This document shows positions 1 to 9,372 of a stretch of 64,000 nucleotides of DNA, piece by piece; position 1 is the first letter of the stretch; each line of letters begins with the position of its first letter. The stretch is taken from contig CAYOYV010000005.1 in NCBI GenBank assembly GCA_964408285.1, positions 1 to 64,000 of the forward strand, read 5' to 3'. Source of the stretch: an uncultured Nitrososphaerota archaeon (GTDB lineage: Archaea > Thermoproteota > EX4484-205 > JAAOZO01). A model generated the notes under the pieces. It was given only the letters and a program-made list of their open reading frames with translations, did not search any database and was not told the DNA's origin. A program made the translations under genes and the position numbers.

Positions 1-1767
1 GGGAACTTCAAGGTAACTGTCAAGAGGAGTCCTTCGTATGTCTCCGCGGATTGCATAGGCTGCGGCAAGTGCATTGATGCATGTCCAGTTCTGGTGCCTG
101 ATGAGATCAACGGCCCGATATCAAACAAGAAGGCTATCTACTTGGTGAAGAATCCGACGCTTCCGATGCCATGCCAAGGAGAGCGAATTGAACCCCGGAA
201 AATCCTCCATCTAACAACCTTGCCCAAGAACCCAGAAGTGGCCGTGATAGATCCTCAGAATTGCTCAAGATGCGGTGCCTGTGTCAAGACATGTCCTACG
301 AACTCGATAGACTTGAAAGAACCTTCTATGGAGCAGGAGTTAGACGTCGGTTCCATTGCCTTAGCCATAGGTTTCGATCTCTTCGACGCAAGAAGAAAGC
401 CGGAATACGGATATGGCAGATACCCAAATGTGATCACTAGCCTAGAGCTTGAGAGAATGCTCAATCCAATGGGTCCGACCCAAGGTGCTCTTCTCATGCC
501 TTCAAACAGGAAGGTCCCCAAGAGGCTCTCCTTTGTTCAGTGCGTCGGTTGTAGAGATGATAGAACGAATGCCTATTGTGGCAGGATATGCTGCATGATC
601 TCCCTTAAGCAAGCCATCTTGGTGAAGGAGAAATACCCGGATTCGCAAGTCACGATGTTCTACATAGATATCAGGACTGGAGGAAAGGAATACGAGGCAA
701 TCTATTCTAAGGCTCAGCTATTGGGGGTTCGCTTCATTAGAAGCAGGCCAAGTGACATCAGGGAGAGACAAGGTAGAATGATAGTCAGGTCTGAAGATAC
801 CCTGGCTTCGGCTCCAATGGAGGAGGAATCGGACCTCGTCGTTCTATCGACTGGGATTGAAGCTCCCAGGGATGCGAGCTTGATAGCCGAGATGCTGAAG
901 GTACCAAGAGATCCGAATGGCTTCTTCATGGAAGCTCACATTAAGCTGAAACCAGTTGAGACGGTTATAGACGGAGTCGTATTGGCAGGCGCTTGCTCGG
1001 GACCCATGGACATACCAATGAGCACTGCTCGCGGAGACGCGGCCTCTTCGAAGATCCTGTCCCTGTTTTCAAAGGATATGATAGAGCTGGAGCCGATAAC
1101 CAGCTTCATAGATTTGGAGAAATGCAAAGGCTGTTTTGCCTGCACAAAAATGTGCCCTTTCCAGGCAATCAAAGCCGCAGAGAAAGATGAGAAGAAATAC
1201 GCTGAGCTGCTAACATCTTCCTGCAAAGGTTGCGGGACATGCGTCGCAGGCTGTCCGTTTGCAGCACTGGACCAACATCATTTCACCGATGAACAGATGC
1301 TCGCTCAGATCGATGCAGCTCTTGAAGAAGAGCCATCCGACAAGATCATCAGTTTCAATTGCAATTGGTGCAGTTATGCTGGAGCAGATTTCGCTGGAGT
1401 TTCAAGACTTCAATATCCAGCCAACGCGAGAATTATCAGAGTGATGTGCTCGGGGAGAGTGAGTCAGAAGCTGATTTTCAGGGCATTTGAGAAAGGAGCA
1501 GGAATGGTCCTAGTGGCACCATGTCATCCTGCTGATTGCCATTACATATCCGGAAATGCTTGGGCGAAGAAGAGAGTGGATCAAGTGAAGGGGCTCTTGC
1601 CCAAGAAGGGAGTGAATCCAGACAGATTGGAGTTCGTGTATGTTTCTGCTGCAGAGGGGAACGTGTACCAAAAGAAAATAGTAGACATGTCGAAGTTCCT
1701 TCAGAGAATGAAAGAGGGTGAGGAGAGTTGGCAAGCCAAAGAGGAAATAGAACAGATCGGGGCTTAG
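1..1767 (+). CDS. hdrA: Heterodisulfide reductase subunit A fused to a C-terminal MvhD domain (5'-truncated by window edge)
   Basis: Frame 1 is open from base 1 (GNFKVTVKRSPSYVSADCIGCGKCIDACP...), so the gene starts upstream of the track ORF at 94. HdrA motifs YGYG..PNVITSLELERML, QCVGCRD..YCGRICC..LKQA, GACSGPMDI and C-terminal ferredoxin motifs, followed by MvhD motifs CNWCSYAGAD, RVMCSGRV, CHPADCHY. Confidence 0.93.
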   Translation, partial: GNFKVTVKRSPSYVSADCIGCGKCIDACPVLVPDEINGPISNKKAIYLVKNPTLPMPCQGERIEPRKILHLTTLPKNPEVAVIDPQNCSRCGACVKTCPTNSIDLKEPSMEQELDVGSIALAIGFDLFDARRKPEYGYGRYPNVITSLELERMLNPMGPTQGALLMPSNRKVPKRLSFVQCVGCRDDRTNAYCGRICCMISLKQAILVKEKYPDSQVTMFYIDIRTGGKEYEAIYSKAQLLGVRFIRSRPSDIRERQGRMIVRSEDTLASAPMEEESDLVVLSTGIEAPRDASLIAEMLKVPRDPNGFFMEAHIKLKPVETVIDGVVLAGACSGPMDIPMSTARGDAASSKILSLFSKDMIELEPITSFIDLEKCKGCFACTKMCPFQAIKAAEKDEKKYAELLTSSCKGCGTCVAGCPFAALDQHHFTDEQMLAQIDAALEEEPSDKIISFNCNWCSYAGADFAGVSRLQYPANARIIRVMCSGRVSQKLIFRAFEKGAGMVLVAPCHPADCHYISGNAWAKKRVDQVKGLLPKKGVNPDRLEFVYVSAAEGNVYQKKIVDMSKFLQRMKEGEESWQAKEEIEQIGA

Positions 1768-2258
1768 TTGAGCGACTGAGGAAAAGAGGAGGAGAGAGCA
1801 TTCTTCGTTGCATACAATGTGGGACTTGCACCTCCAGTTGCACTGTGAACGCGATCACGTCATCATATAATCCGCGAAGGCTTATTCAGATAATACTGAC
1901 AACGGGCCTTATCCCAGGAAAGGAAGACGTATGGCTGTGCGCTACCTGTGGAATCTGTGTTGAGAGATGCCCAAGAAACGTAAGTCCTATGGACATCATT
2001 TTGGCGACGAGGTGCCTTCTTTTCGAAGAAGCTGGAAAAATCCCCCCGGATAGCTCGAGAGCCCTAAGATCTGTCCTCAGGTTTGGTCGTGCAGTCAAAC
2101 CTAGGGCGAATATCAAGGAGAGAAGGGCAGCACTCGGTCTTCCGAAACTCGGTCCTGACAGCGGCGATCTCTCTCAGATCAGGGGTCAGTTGAAAGCTGC
2201 TGGCTTGCTGAGACTCGCCAAGATAGAGAAGAAGTCAGCTCGGAGGAACAGCAAATGA
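1728..2258 (+). CDS. hdrC: Heterodisulfide reductase subunit C
   Basis: CIQCGTCTSSC and WLCATCGICVERCP ferredoxin motifs, NPRRLI, C-terminal R..LGLP. TTG start preceded by GGTGAGG; lies between hdrA and hdrB. Confidence 0.88.
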   Translation: MASQRGNRTDRGLVERLRKRGGESILRCIQCGTCTSSCTVNAITSSYNPRRLIQIILTTGLIPGKEDVWLCATCGICVERCPRNVSPMDIILATRCLLFEEAGKIPPDSSRALRSVLRFGRAVKPRANIKERRAALGLPKLGPDSGDLSQIRGQLKAAGLLRLAKIEKKSARRNSK

Positions 2259-3007
2259 CCCGATTCCTTTACCTAGGATGTCTCATACCGATCCAATTCC
2301 CAGAGGTCGAGAAAGCAACACGAGATACCTTGGAAAGGTTAAAGATCGAATATTCAGACATGAATCGAGCATCATGCTGCATGCCTCCTGGTCTATTCGG
2401 GTTTCACAAGGAAAGTTGGTTACGTCTGAACAGGAGGAATCTCAGTCTAGCCAATGACACGGTGATCACCCCGTGCGACGAATGCTTCGCTAGTCTCCAG
2501 GATGCAAGAGCGATATTGATCGAAGAAGCGAAGAACATTCCAGAGATCAAGCCATTCCCACAACTCATAGCGGAGAATCTGGGGGCAGCCAAAGAAGCTG
2601 TCCAACGAAATCTGGGCCTGAAGTGCGCGGTTCAGCAAAGCTGTCATCTACTCAGACCCTCTCAAATAAGGAAGATAGACGATCCTGAATCACCAAGCCT
2701 GCTCGGGGAATTGTTGAGGAATATTGGTTGCGTGAAAGTTGATTGCATTGATGAATTGGCCTGCTGTGGCGGATTAGTGGCCGAATATACTGGTGTCGGC
2801 CTAAAGCTTGGGCAACAGAAGGCCAAGGCATTCGCCGAAAGCGGCGCTGATTGCATAGTCACTACTTGTGCTCATTGCCTAAGGCAATTGACAAGGGTCA
2901 ATCATACCCTTCCGATATTCCACCTCGCACAGCTATACGCTCTGGCATTTGGTTCGAAACCCAGTCTGGTCGGGATTCCCAGGATGCTGAAGGTGGGTAG
3001 GCGATGA
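2255..3007 (+). CDS. hdrB: Heterodisulfide reductase subunit B (two CCG domains)
   Basis: LGC..., ASCCMPPG, TPCDEC, SCHLLRPS, ACCGG, TTCAHC give the ten Cys of two non-cubane cluster sites. ATGA overlaps with hdrC and hdrA. Confidence 0.88.
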   Translation: MTRFLYLGCLIPIQFPEVEKATRDTLERLKIEYSDMNRASCCMPPGLFGFHKESWLRLNRRNLSLANDTVITPCDECFASLQDARAILIEEAKNIPEIKPFPQLIAENLGAAKEAVQRNLGLKCAVQQSCHLLRPSQIRKIDDPESPSLLGELLRNIGCVKVDCIDELACCGGLVAEYTGVGLKLGQQKAKAFAESGADCIVTTCAHCLRQLTRVNHTLPIFHLAQLYALAFGSKPSLVGIPRMLKVGRR

Positions 3008-4932
3008 AGCGAATCGGCATATTCATCTGCAGATGCGGATCAGTAATCGGAAACGCGATAGATTCGAACTATGTCTATCAACGTTTGATGGAAGATCCCT
3101 GCGTGAAAGGTGTCTTCTTTCACGACTTCCTGTGCAGGCCTTCGGGAATGGATTTCATCAGGAAGGCCTTGGCTCGGGATGTTTTTGATCGCGTCGTCAT
3201 CGGCGGATGCTCCACGAGGCTCTACGAGGAGAATCTCCGTGACAATATCCAGAGTTGCCATCTTGATAGGACGATGCTTGAAATGATCAATCTCCGGGAA
3301 CAATGCGCCAATGTGCACAACGATATAGGACGGAGCACATCCAAAACAGTCAGCCTATTGAGAGGCGCGAGTGCCAGGGTAGCAACCTTGACCCCGGTCG
3401 CAACAGGAAAGGCGCGAGTCGTGAAGAAGGCGCTTGTAATAGGAGGTGGAATTGCCGGGGTACAATGTAGCCTTGACATAGCGGCGGCAGGATATCCAGT
3501 TTGTCTCGTTGAGAAGGGACCGAGCATAGGAGGCATAATGGCCCAGCTTGACAAGACCATTCCCACCCTTGATTGCTCCATCTGTATAGAAGGTCCGAAG
3601 CTGTCCGATGCCGGAAGGAACAAGAACATAACAGTGATACCAAACGCCGAGGTCAAGCATGTTACAGGAAGAGCCGGCGACTTCACTATTCGAGTAGAGG
3701 TCAAACCAACCTATGTTGATCCAGAGAAATGCAACGGTTGCGGGGCTTGTATTGACGTGTGCCCCGTCTTCCAGCCTAACAAATATGATGTGGACCTAAA
3801 GCCTATCAAGGCCATTTACTCTCCTTTTGCCCAAGCAGTGCCGCTCAAGTATGTAATAAACAAGGACATATGCACTGAATGCGGGCTTTGCATGAAGGCA
3901 TGCGGCCTGTCGGCAATCAACCTGAAGGACGGACCCAAGACAACCGATTTGAACGTGGGTGCAATAGTAAATGCAACGGGAGCCGAAGTCTTTGATCCAA
4001 AGCTGAAGCCTCAGTATCATTACGGTGAATACGAAGGAGTAGTGACAAACATGGAATTCGAGAGGATAATCTGCGCATCAGGACCCACTGGAGGAGAGTT
4101 GCTCCTAAGGGACAAACGCCATCCGAGAAGAGTCGCATTCATTCAATGCGTTGGTTCGAGAGACGAAAAGGTTGAGATGGAAGACTGCTCGTTCTACTGC
4201 TGTGCAGTGAGTCTGAAACAGGCAAGACTGATAAAGGAACACGCGCCAGAAACAGAGGTCTACATCTTCTACACGGATCTCAGGGCCTTTGGCAAGGGCT
4301 GGGAGGAGCTCTACACTCGGGTTAGAGAGGACGGAGTCGTGTTCATCAGATCTAGGCCATCGGAGATCATAGAGAACAGAGAGAAGGGACTCATCATACC
4401 CTATGAGGACAGCTTGACTGGGATACGACGGCAGCTCGAGGCTGACATGGCGGTATTGGCACTTGGGATGCGGCCAAGCGAACCAGCCATCAAGCTGGCC
4501 AAAATGCTCAGGATACCCACTAGGCCTCCGGGATTTATCGAAGAGGCCCATCCGAAGACAAGGCCTCTTGAGACGATTGTTGATGGGGTATTCATTGCTG
4601 GAACCTGTCATGGTCCTCGGGATATCTCTGAAAGCGTTGTTGAGGGGTCAGGCGCTGCTGGGCTTGTGGTCTCTTTGTTCAAGAAAGATGGGATCGAGCT
4701 CCCTGCAAGCGTTGCCACTGTGGATGCCAAGAAATGCAGCGGATGTTTGAGATGCATTGATGCATGTGAGTATGGTGCCATTGTTGCCGATGATTCCAAA
4801 GTGAAGGTTCTCGAGCACATCTGCAAAGGTTGCGGCTCTTGCACAGCAACTTGCTTCCAGGAAGCCATAGTCATAAAGAATTGGTCCAGCGATCAGTTGC
4901 TTCCTCAGGTCAATGCAATCCTTGAGGTGTGA
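3004..4932 (+). CDS. hdrA: Heterodisulfide reductase subunit A (second copy, full length, no MvhD fusion)
   Basis: RIGIFICRCG N-terminus, NLREQC, VIGGGIAG FAD motif, DCSICI, inserted and C-terminal ferredoxin domains, QCVGSRD..CC..LKQA. Confidence 0.95.
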   Translation: MKRIGIFICRCGSVIGNAIDSNYVYQRLMEDPCVKGVFFHDFLCRPSGMDFIRKALARDVFDRVVIGGCSTRLYEENLRDNIQSCHLDRTMLEMINLREQCANVHNDIGRSTSKTVSLLRGASARVATLTPVATGKARVVKKALVIGGGIAGVQCSLDIAAAGYPVCLVEKGPSIGGIMAQLDKTIPTLDCSICIEGPKLSDAGRNKNITVIPNAEVKHVTGRAGDFTIRVEVKPTYVDPEKCNGCGACIDVCPVFQPNKYDVDLKPIKAIYSPFAQAVPLKYVINKDICTECGLCMKACGLSAINLKDGPKTTDLNVGAIVNATGAEVFDPKLKPQYHYGEYEGVVTNMEFERIICASGPTGGELLLRDKRHPRRVAFIQCVGSRDEKVEMEDCSFYCCAVSLKQARLIKEHAPETEVYIFYTDLRAFGKGWEELYTRVREDGVVFIRSRPSEIIENREKGLIIPYEDSLTGIRRQLEADMAVLALGMRPSEPAIKLAKMLRIPTRPPGFIEEAHPKTRPLETIVDGVFIAGTCHGPRDISESVVEGSGAAGLVVSLFKKDGIELPASVATVDAKKCSGCLRCIDACEYGAIVADDSKVKVLEHICKGCGSCTATCFQEAIVIKNWSSDQLLPQVNAILEV

Positions 4933-4935
4933 ACT

Positions 4936-5349
4936 GTGGCAAAGATAATCGCCTTCATGTGCTGGTGTTCATTCTCTGGAGCAGATGAAGCCGGTGTGCT
5001 GAAAGCGCAATATTCGCCTGAGGTCTCCATCGTGAGGATTCCATGCTCCGCGACATTAAGTCCATCTACGATACTGAAGGCATTTGAGAAGGGAGCTGAT
5101 GGGATAATAGTTTCAGCCTGCAAGCCAAGTGAACTCAGGTTAGTGGCACCAAGTCGTCTCACCGAGTTGCGTATCCAGGTCGTCAAAAGCCTGCTAAGGA
5201 CTGTGGGCATTTCAGAGCAGAGGCTGAAGCTTGTCTGGATATCAGCGCCCGAAGGAGCCAAATTTGCAGAGGAAATCGAGAGGGCAGTCTCTGAGATAGA
5301 GGCGCTAGGTCCTCTTCGGCTGAAGGAGGAGATCGCCATCATTGAGTGA
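4936..5349 (+). CDS. flxD: MvhD/FlxD-like Fe-S subunit, degenerate (last Cys ligand absent)
   Basis: FMCWCSFSGADEAG..QY...RIPCS...AFEKGADG..SAC...RL.LVWISAPEG is the MvhD fold. The canonical CHxxDCHY reads CKPSELRL. Confidence 0.82.
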   Translation: MAKIIAFMCWCSFSGADEAGVLKAQYSPEVSIVRIPCSATLSPSTILKAFEKGADGIIVSACKPSELRLVAPSRLTELRIQVVKSLLRTVGISEQRLKLVWISAPEGAKFAEEIERAVSEIEALGPLRLKEEIAIIE

Positions 5350-6193
5350 AATCGAGGAGAACCTGAGGAAATCCGTTGCCGAGCTACTTAGGGCCGGACA
5401 GGTGAAATTCGTTATCGGTTATGAGGCGGGCCCAACACGAAATAGCACTAGGCCATGTTTCGTCGATAGACCGGAGGAATCTGCCAAGCTCGTATGGAAT
5501 GAGAACTGCAGACTCAATCTCACAAGATACCTCCCGGGGACGAATGAGAAAATCGGAATAGTGGTGAAGGGTTGCGACGGTCGTGCACTCGTAGAACTCA
5601 TCAAAGAGAACCAAGTCAAACGGGAGAACATGAGGGTAATAGCACCAGAATGCTCGGGAGTGTCATCTGCTACCCCGGTCGGGTCTACTTCAGGTGTCGA
5701 GAGGACCACAGCTGAACACTGTCGACAATGCAGAGTCAGAATCTCGCCGATATCGGACATCCTTCTTCGATGTGCCAAACAATCGCCTCCTTCTGTCGCT
5801 GAGCCAAGCGAAGCAGGCCATTCTCCTCGCGACAGCAAGACATCTTGGTTGGGGCTGTTTAGGGAATGCATAAAGTGCATGGCATGCGTCAAGGCTTGTC
5901 CGCTTTGTTACTGTGTTGAATGTGTAATAGGAGGGCAGAAGCCTATTCTCGTCTCCAAGCTGAGAATGCCAGACGAACTTCTTACGTTCCACCTCATAAG
6001 AGGCCTTCACATGGCTGGAAGATGCACTGAATGTGGAGCATGCGAATCTGCTTGTCCCGTGGGTATACCCTTAACGAGGTTCTACTCTCAACTGAACAAG
6101 GAATTCAATAGGATCGCCAACTACACTCCCGGTATGGACTTGGAGTCGAAGTCCCCTGTGAAGATGCTTGAGATCGAAGGTGTTGTGAGATGA
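5342..6193 (+). CDS. flxC: FlxC-like (FdhB/FrhB C-terminal-like) 4Fe-4S protein
   Basis: KGCDGRA, CIKCMACVKACPLCYCVEC, FHLIRGLHMAGRCTECGACESACPVGIPL. Position between flxD and flxB. Confidence 0.78.
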   Translation: MSEIEENLRKSVAELLRAGQVKFVIGYEAGPTRNSTRPCFVDRPEESAKLVWNENCRLNLTRYLPGTNEKIGIVVKGCDGRALVELIKENQVKRENMRVIAPECSGVSSATPVGSTSGVERTTAEHCRQCRVRISPISDILLRCAKQSPPSVAEPSEAGHSPRDSKTSWLGLFRECIKCMACVKACPLCYCVECVIGGQKPILVSKLRMPDELLTFHLIRGLHMAGRCTECGACESACPVGIPLTRFYSQLNKEFNRIANYTPGMDLESKSPVKMLEIEGVVR

Positions 6194-7197
6194 TAGGTCT
6201 ATCCTACATAAATTCTCATGAGTTCGCAGAGCTAGTAGACAGACTTCTATCTAGCTATAGGCTTGTTGCGCCGATTGAGCATATGGGGTATTTCGCATTT
6301 GGCATACCCCATGACGGCGACGAAGTTAGACTTGACTATTCGATCACGAGACTACCCCCAAAATTCGTTTTCCTACCTCAATCAGAGGAGCTTTTTCGAT
6401 ATGACATAAAGGATGGTCACATATTCTCCGATTCAGCAGAACCAAATAGGACGGTTCTCTTCGGGATCAGGCCATGTGATGCTTCTAGCATATCGATTCT
6501 TGACTCCGTCATGCTCGGCAAGTATGCGGATCCATACTATGATTCAAGGAGAAAGAACACAACAGTCGTAGCTCTTTCATGTCAGAAGCCACTCGAAACT
6601 TGTTTCTGCAATGTCTTCAGAACTGGCCCGATCGAAGGACGAACGACAGATCTGACTCTGACTAAGATAGACGATGGATATGTCGCGAAATCCGTTTCGC
6701 CAAAGGGAGACAGCCTAATCGCCAACAACCAGGACCTTTTTGGAGAGGCAGACAGAAGTCAAGAGGAGAAGTACATCTCACTCAAGAGATCCATCGAGGC
6801 CTCATTCAGCAGTGATTTCAAGCTGGATCAGGCATGGCAGACTCGGTCCGAGGCTTTTGAGGATCCGATATGGGCTGATTTGGCAAGGAAATGCATATCT
6901 TGCGGAATTTGCTCTTTTGTATGCCCAACATGCTATTGCTTCGATGTGTGCGATTTCGCTTCGAGAGGCTCCGGATCAAGGGCAAAAGGATGGGACTCAT
7001 GCGTTTTTTCCACCTTCTCTAGAATGACTAGTGGACTGGACCCGAGACCGACCGGAACCGAGAGATTGCGTCACAGATTCTACCACAAATTCGAATATGT
7101 CCCCGAATCATTTGGGCCCACAGCATGTGTTGGATGCGGCAGATGCCTTGCACTTTGCCCAGTTAACATAAGCCCGAAGGAGGTGCTGGGAATATGA
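6190..7197 (+). CDS. flxB: FlxB / AsrA / sulfhydrogenase beta-like Fe-S subunit
   Basis: PPKFVFLPQ.E, FGIRPCD, CFC, CISCGICSFVCPTCYCF, WDSC, RLRHRFYHKF, CVGCGRC...CP. Confidence 0.85.
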   Translation: MIGLSYINSHEFAELVDRLLSSYRLVAPIEHMGYFAFGIPHDGDEVRLDYSITRLPPKFVFLPQSEELFRYDIKDGHIFSDSAEPNRTVLFGIRPCDASSISILDSVMLGKYADPYYDSRRKNTTVVALSCQKPLETCFCNVFRTGPIEGRTTDLTLTKIDDGYVAKSVSPKGDSLIANNQDLFGEADRSQEEKYISLKRSIEASFSSDFKLDQAWQTRSEAFEDPIWADLARKCISCGICSFVCPTCYCFDVCDFASRGSGSRAKGWDSCVFSTFSRMTSGLDPRPTGTERLRHRFYHKFEYVPESFGPTACVGCGRCLALCPVNISPKEVLGI

Positions 7198-8030
7198 CGG
7201 AGAATCCATACTTGCCCATCCCCGCCGTCATACGTGATATCAAGCCCGAGGCAGAGGAAACCAAAACCTTCACTTTAAGCCCTGGGGAACAATGGACGAG
7301 AGCCATCCCTGCATTCTCACCTGGGCAGTTCGTCCAAGTGAGCGCATTCGGGGTGGGCGAGGCACCGATCTCAATCTGTTCTTCACCTTTGAATGGAGAC
7401 GATCTTCAGATAAGCGTGAGAAGGGCCGGAAAAGTCACGACCGCGCTTCACGAATCAATTGTAGGGGACTTCATCGGCCTAAGAGGGCCCTATGGGAATG
7501 GTTGGCCATTGAAGAAAATGACTGGCAGGAACATTCTTGTGGTTTCAGGCGGAATAGGTATGGCGCCTCTTAGATCCCTCATCAATGCAGCAATCGCGCG
7601 CAGGAATCAATTCGGAGATATAGCCGTCTGCTACGGAGCCAGGACTCCTGAAGGTCTCATGTATAGAAATGAATACAGTGACTGGACGGATTCTGGGGTC
7701 GAAGTACTCCTGACAGTTGATGTCCCAACCGAGCAATGGAAACATGACGTTGGAGTGGTGACGAAACTCTTGGACAAAATCAAAGTTTCACCTGAGAACA
7801 CGATCGCGAGCGTCTGTGGACCGCCCGTGATGATAAAATTCGCTTCAAGGAGACTTAGGCAACTAGGATACCCCTCACAGAATATCTACGCTTCATTGGA
7901 GAGCATGATGAGATGTGGGATAGGCAAATGTGGACACTGCCATTTCGGAGGCAAGCATGTCTGTCTGGACGGACCCATCTTCTCATACGACGAAATACTC
8001 GGCCTGCCTAGGGATTTTGTTGAGTTATAA
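7194..8030 (+). CDS. flxA: FlxA / AsrB / sulfhydrogenase gamma-like FAD/NAD(P)H-binding subunit
   Basis: PGQF, GEAPISICS, RGPYGNGWP, GGIGMAPLRS, CGPPVM, MRCGIGKCGHC..HVCLDGP ([2Fe-2S]). Confidence 0.88.
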   Translation: MTENPYLPIPAVIRDIKPEAEETKTFTLSPGEQWTRAIPAFSPGQFVQVSAFGVGEAPISICSSPLNGDDLQISVRRAGKVTTALHESIVGDFIGLRGPYGNGWPLKKMTGRNILVVSGGIGMAPLRSLINAAIARRNQFGDIAVCYGARTPEGLMYRNEYSDWTDSGVEVLLTVDVPTEQWKHDVGVVTKLLDKIKVSPENTIASVCGPPVMIKFASRRLRQLGYPSQNIYASLESMMRCGIGKCGHCHFGGKHVCLDGPIFSYDEILGLPRDFVEL

Positions 8031-8120
8031 TATTCCGATTCTGACCGTTCGCGCAGTCTGCCGTCCGATCACAAAAGCCGTTCTGAACCAGTATTGACTC
8101 CCCTGAAGAGCTTTGAGAGC

Positions 8121-9329
8121 CTATTTGAAAAGATGAACCTCAACAGCGTCTCCTTTCTCCAGCGTATCTGTGTTCTCAGGAACAACTATGTATCCATCAG
8201 CTTCAGCCATGCTGGTTATCGCCGAGGATTCCTTGAAGACAGGAACAGCTTCGCCATCCACGACTTTGACTGCCAGGAAAACCCTTCGCCCCAAGGTCGA
8301 TACGACCCTTCGAGCAAGCTTGGCCGCCAATTTGTCTGGTTTCTTCTCTGGCAGCCTGGCCAATCTTCTGAGGACCGGTACAAGTAGCAGGTATGCATTG
8401 CTCAGACACGATGTGGGATGCCCGGGCATTGCCAGAATGATTTTTCCGCCGATCAAGCCGCAAAGTGTGGGCTTCCCTGGCTTAACTTGGATCCCATGGA
8501 ACAGGATTTCTCCCTTGTCTTTGAGAACATCATAGACTATGTCCCTATCGCCAACCGAACTGCCTCCGGTCAAAACGACCATGTCATTGTCCGATGTTCG
8601 AACTAGAGCTTTCTCTAGTTTGTCTCTCTCATCTGGAACGATTTCGAAAGTAATAGGAGTCCCGCCGTTCTCCTTTATGACTGAGACAAGAGTGTGGGAG
8701 TTGATGTCGTATATGCTAGTCCCGCTTAGAGGCGTGCCAAGTTCAACCAATTCACCTCCAGTAGGCAGAACTGCTATTCTCGGTTTCGCATAAACTGAAA
8801 TTCGCTCAACACCGATGGCAGCTAGAACGCCGACTTTGGCAGGAGTAAGCCAATCTCCCTTTCTCAAAACAACCTTACCTTTCTCCAGGTCTGACCCCTT
8901 CTTTGAGACATTCTCACCCGGATGAACAGGTCTGTAGATCAGGACCGTTCCCCCTTCTTTGTCGGTGTTTTCGTACATGACCACAGAATCTGCCCCTTCA
9001 GGTATGCTAGATCCAGTTGACAACTGGACGCACTCTCCCTTCAGAATGGCTTTGGTTGGAGGAATTTCCGTCCTTAGTGATTCAACGAGCTTCAGTCTTG
9101 CCGGACTCTGCTGAGAAGCTCCATATGAGTCTTCTGCTCTCACAGCATAACCGTCCATAGCGGACCTGTCGAAGGAAGGCACATCAATCTCTGCGATGAT
9201 ATCTTTTGCGAGAACTCTTCCGGATGAATCATCTAGGGCGACTTCCTCCGTCCTGGAAATGGGAATCAGGTTCATCTCCATCCTTCGCATCGCATCCTCA
9301 AGCGATATGAGAGCTCTGAATGGCTTCAA
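8121..9329 (-). CDS. moeA: Molybdopterin molybdo/tungsto-transferase MoeA
   Basis: PSFDRSAMDGYA, STG..IPEGADSVVMYE, TGGEL, GGSSVG, VKPGKP, PGHPTS. Confidence 0.95.
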   Translation of the reverse strand: MKPFRALISLEDAMRRMEMNLIPISRTEEVALDDSSGRVLAKDIIAEIDVPSFDRSAMDGYAVRAEDSYGASQQSPARLKLVESLRTEIPPTKAILKGECVQLSTGSSIPEGADSVVMYENTDKEGGTVLIYRPVHPGENVSKKGSDLEKGKVVLRKGDWLTPAKVGVLAAIGVERISVYAKPRIAVLPTGGELVELGTPLSGTSIYDINSHTLVSVIKENGGTPITFEIVPDERDKLEKALVRTSDNDMVVLTGGSSVGDRDIVYDVLKDKGEILFHGIQVKPGKPTLCGLIGGKIILAMPGHPTSCLSNAYLLLVPVLRRLARLPEKKPDKLAAKLARRVVSTLGRRVFLAVKVVDGEAVPVFKESSAITSMAEADGYIVVPENTDTLEKGDAVEVHLFK

Positions 9330-9372
9330 TTCGCATCACCAGGATAGGGTGGCAACGTCCGAAGTCTGCATG

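Noticed and set aside
5110-5145. Possible selenocysteine explaining the missing Cys in the free MvhD
   Set aside because: The TGA in AGTGAA is out of frame; the in-frame codons are AGT GAA CTC.
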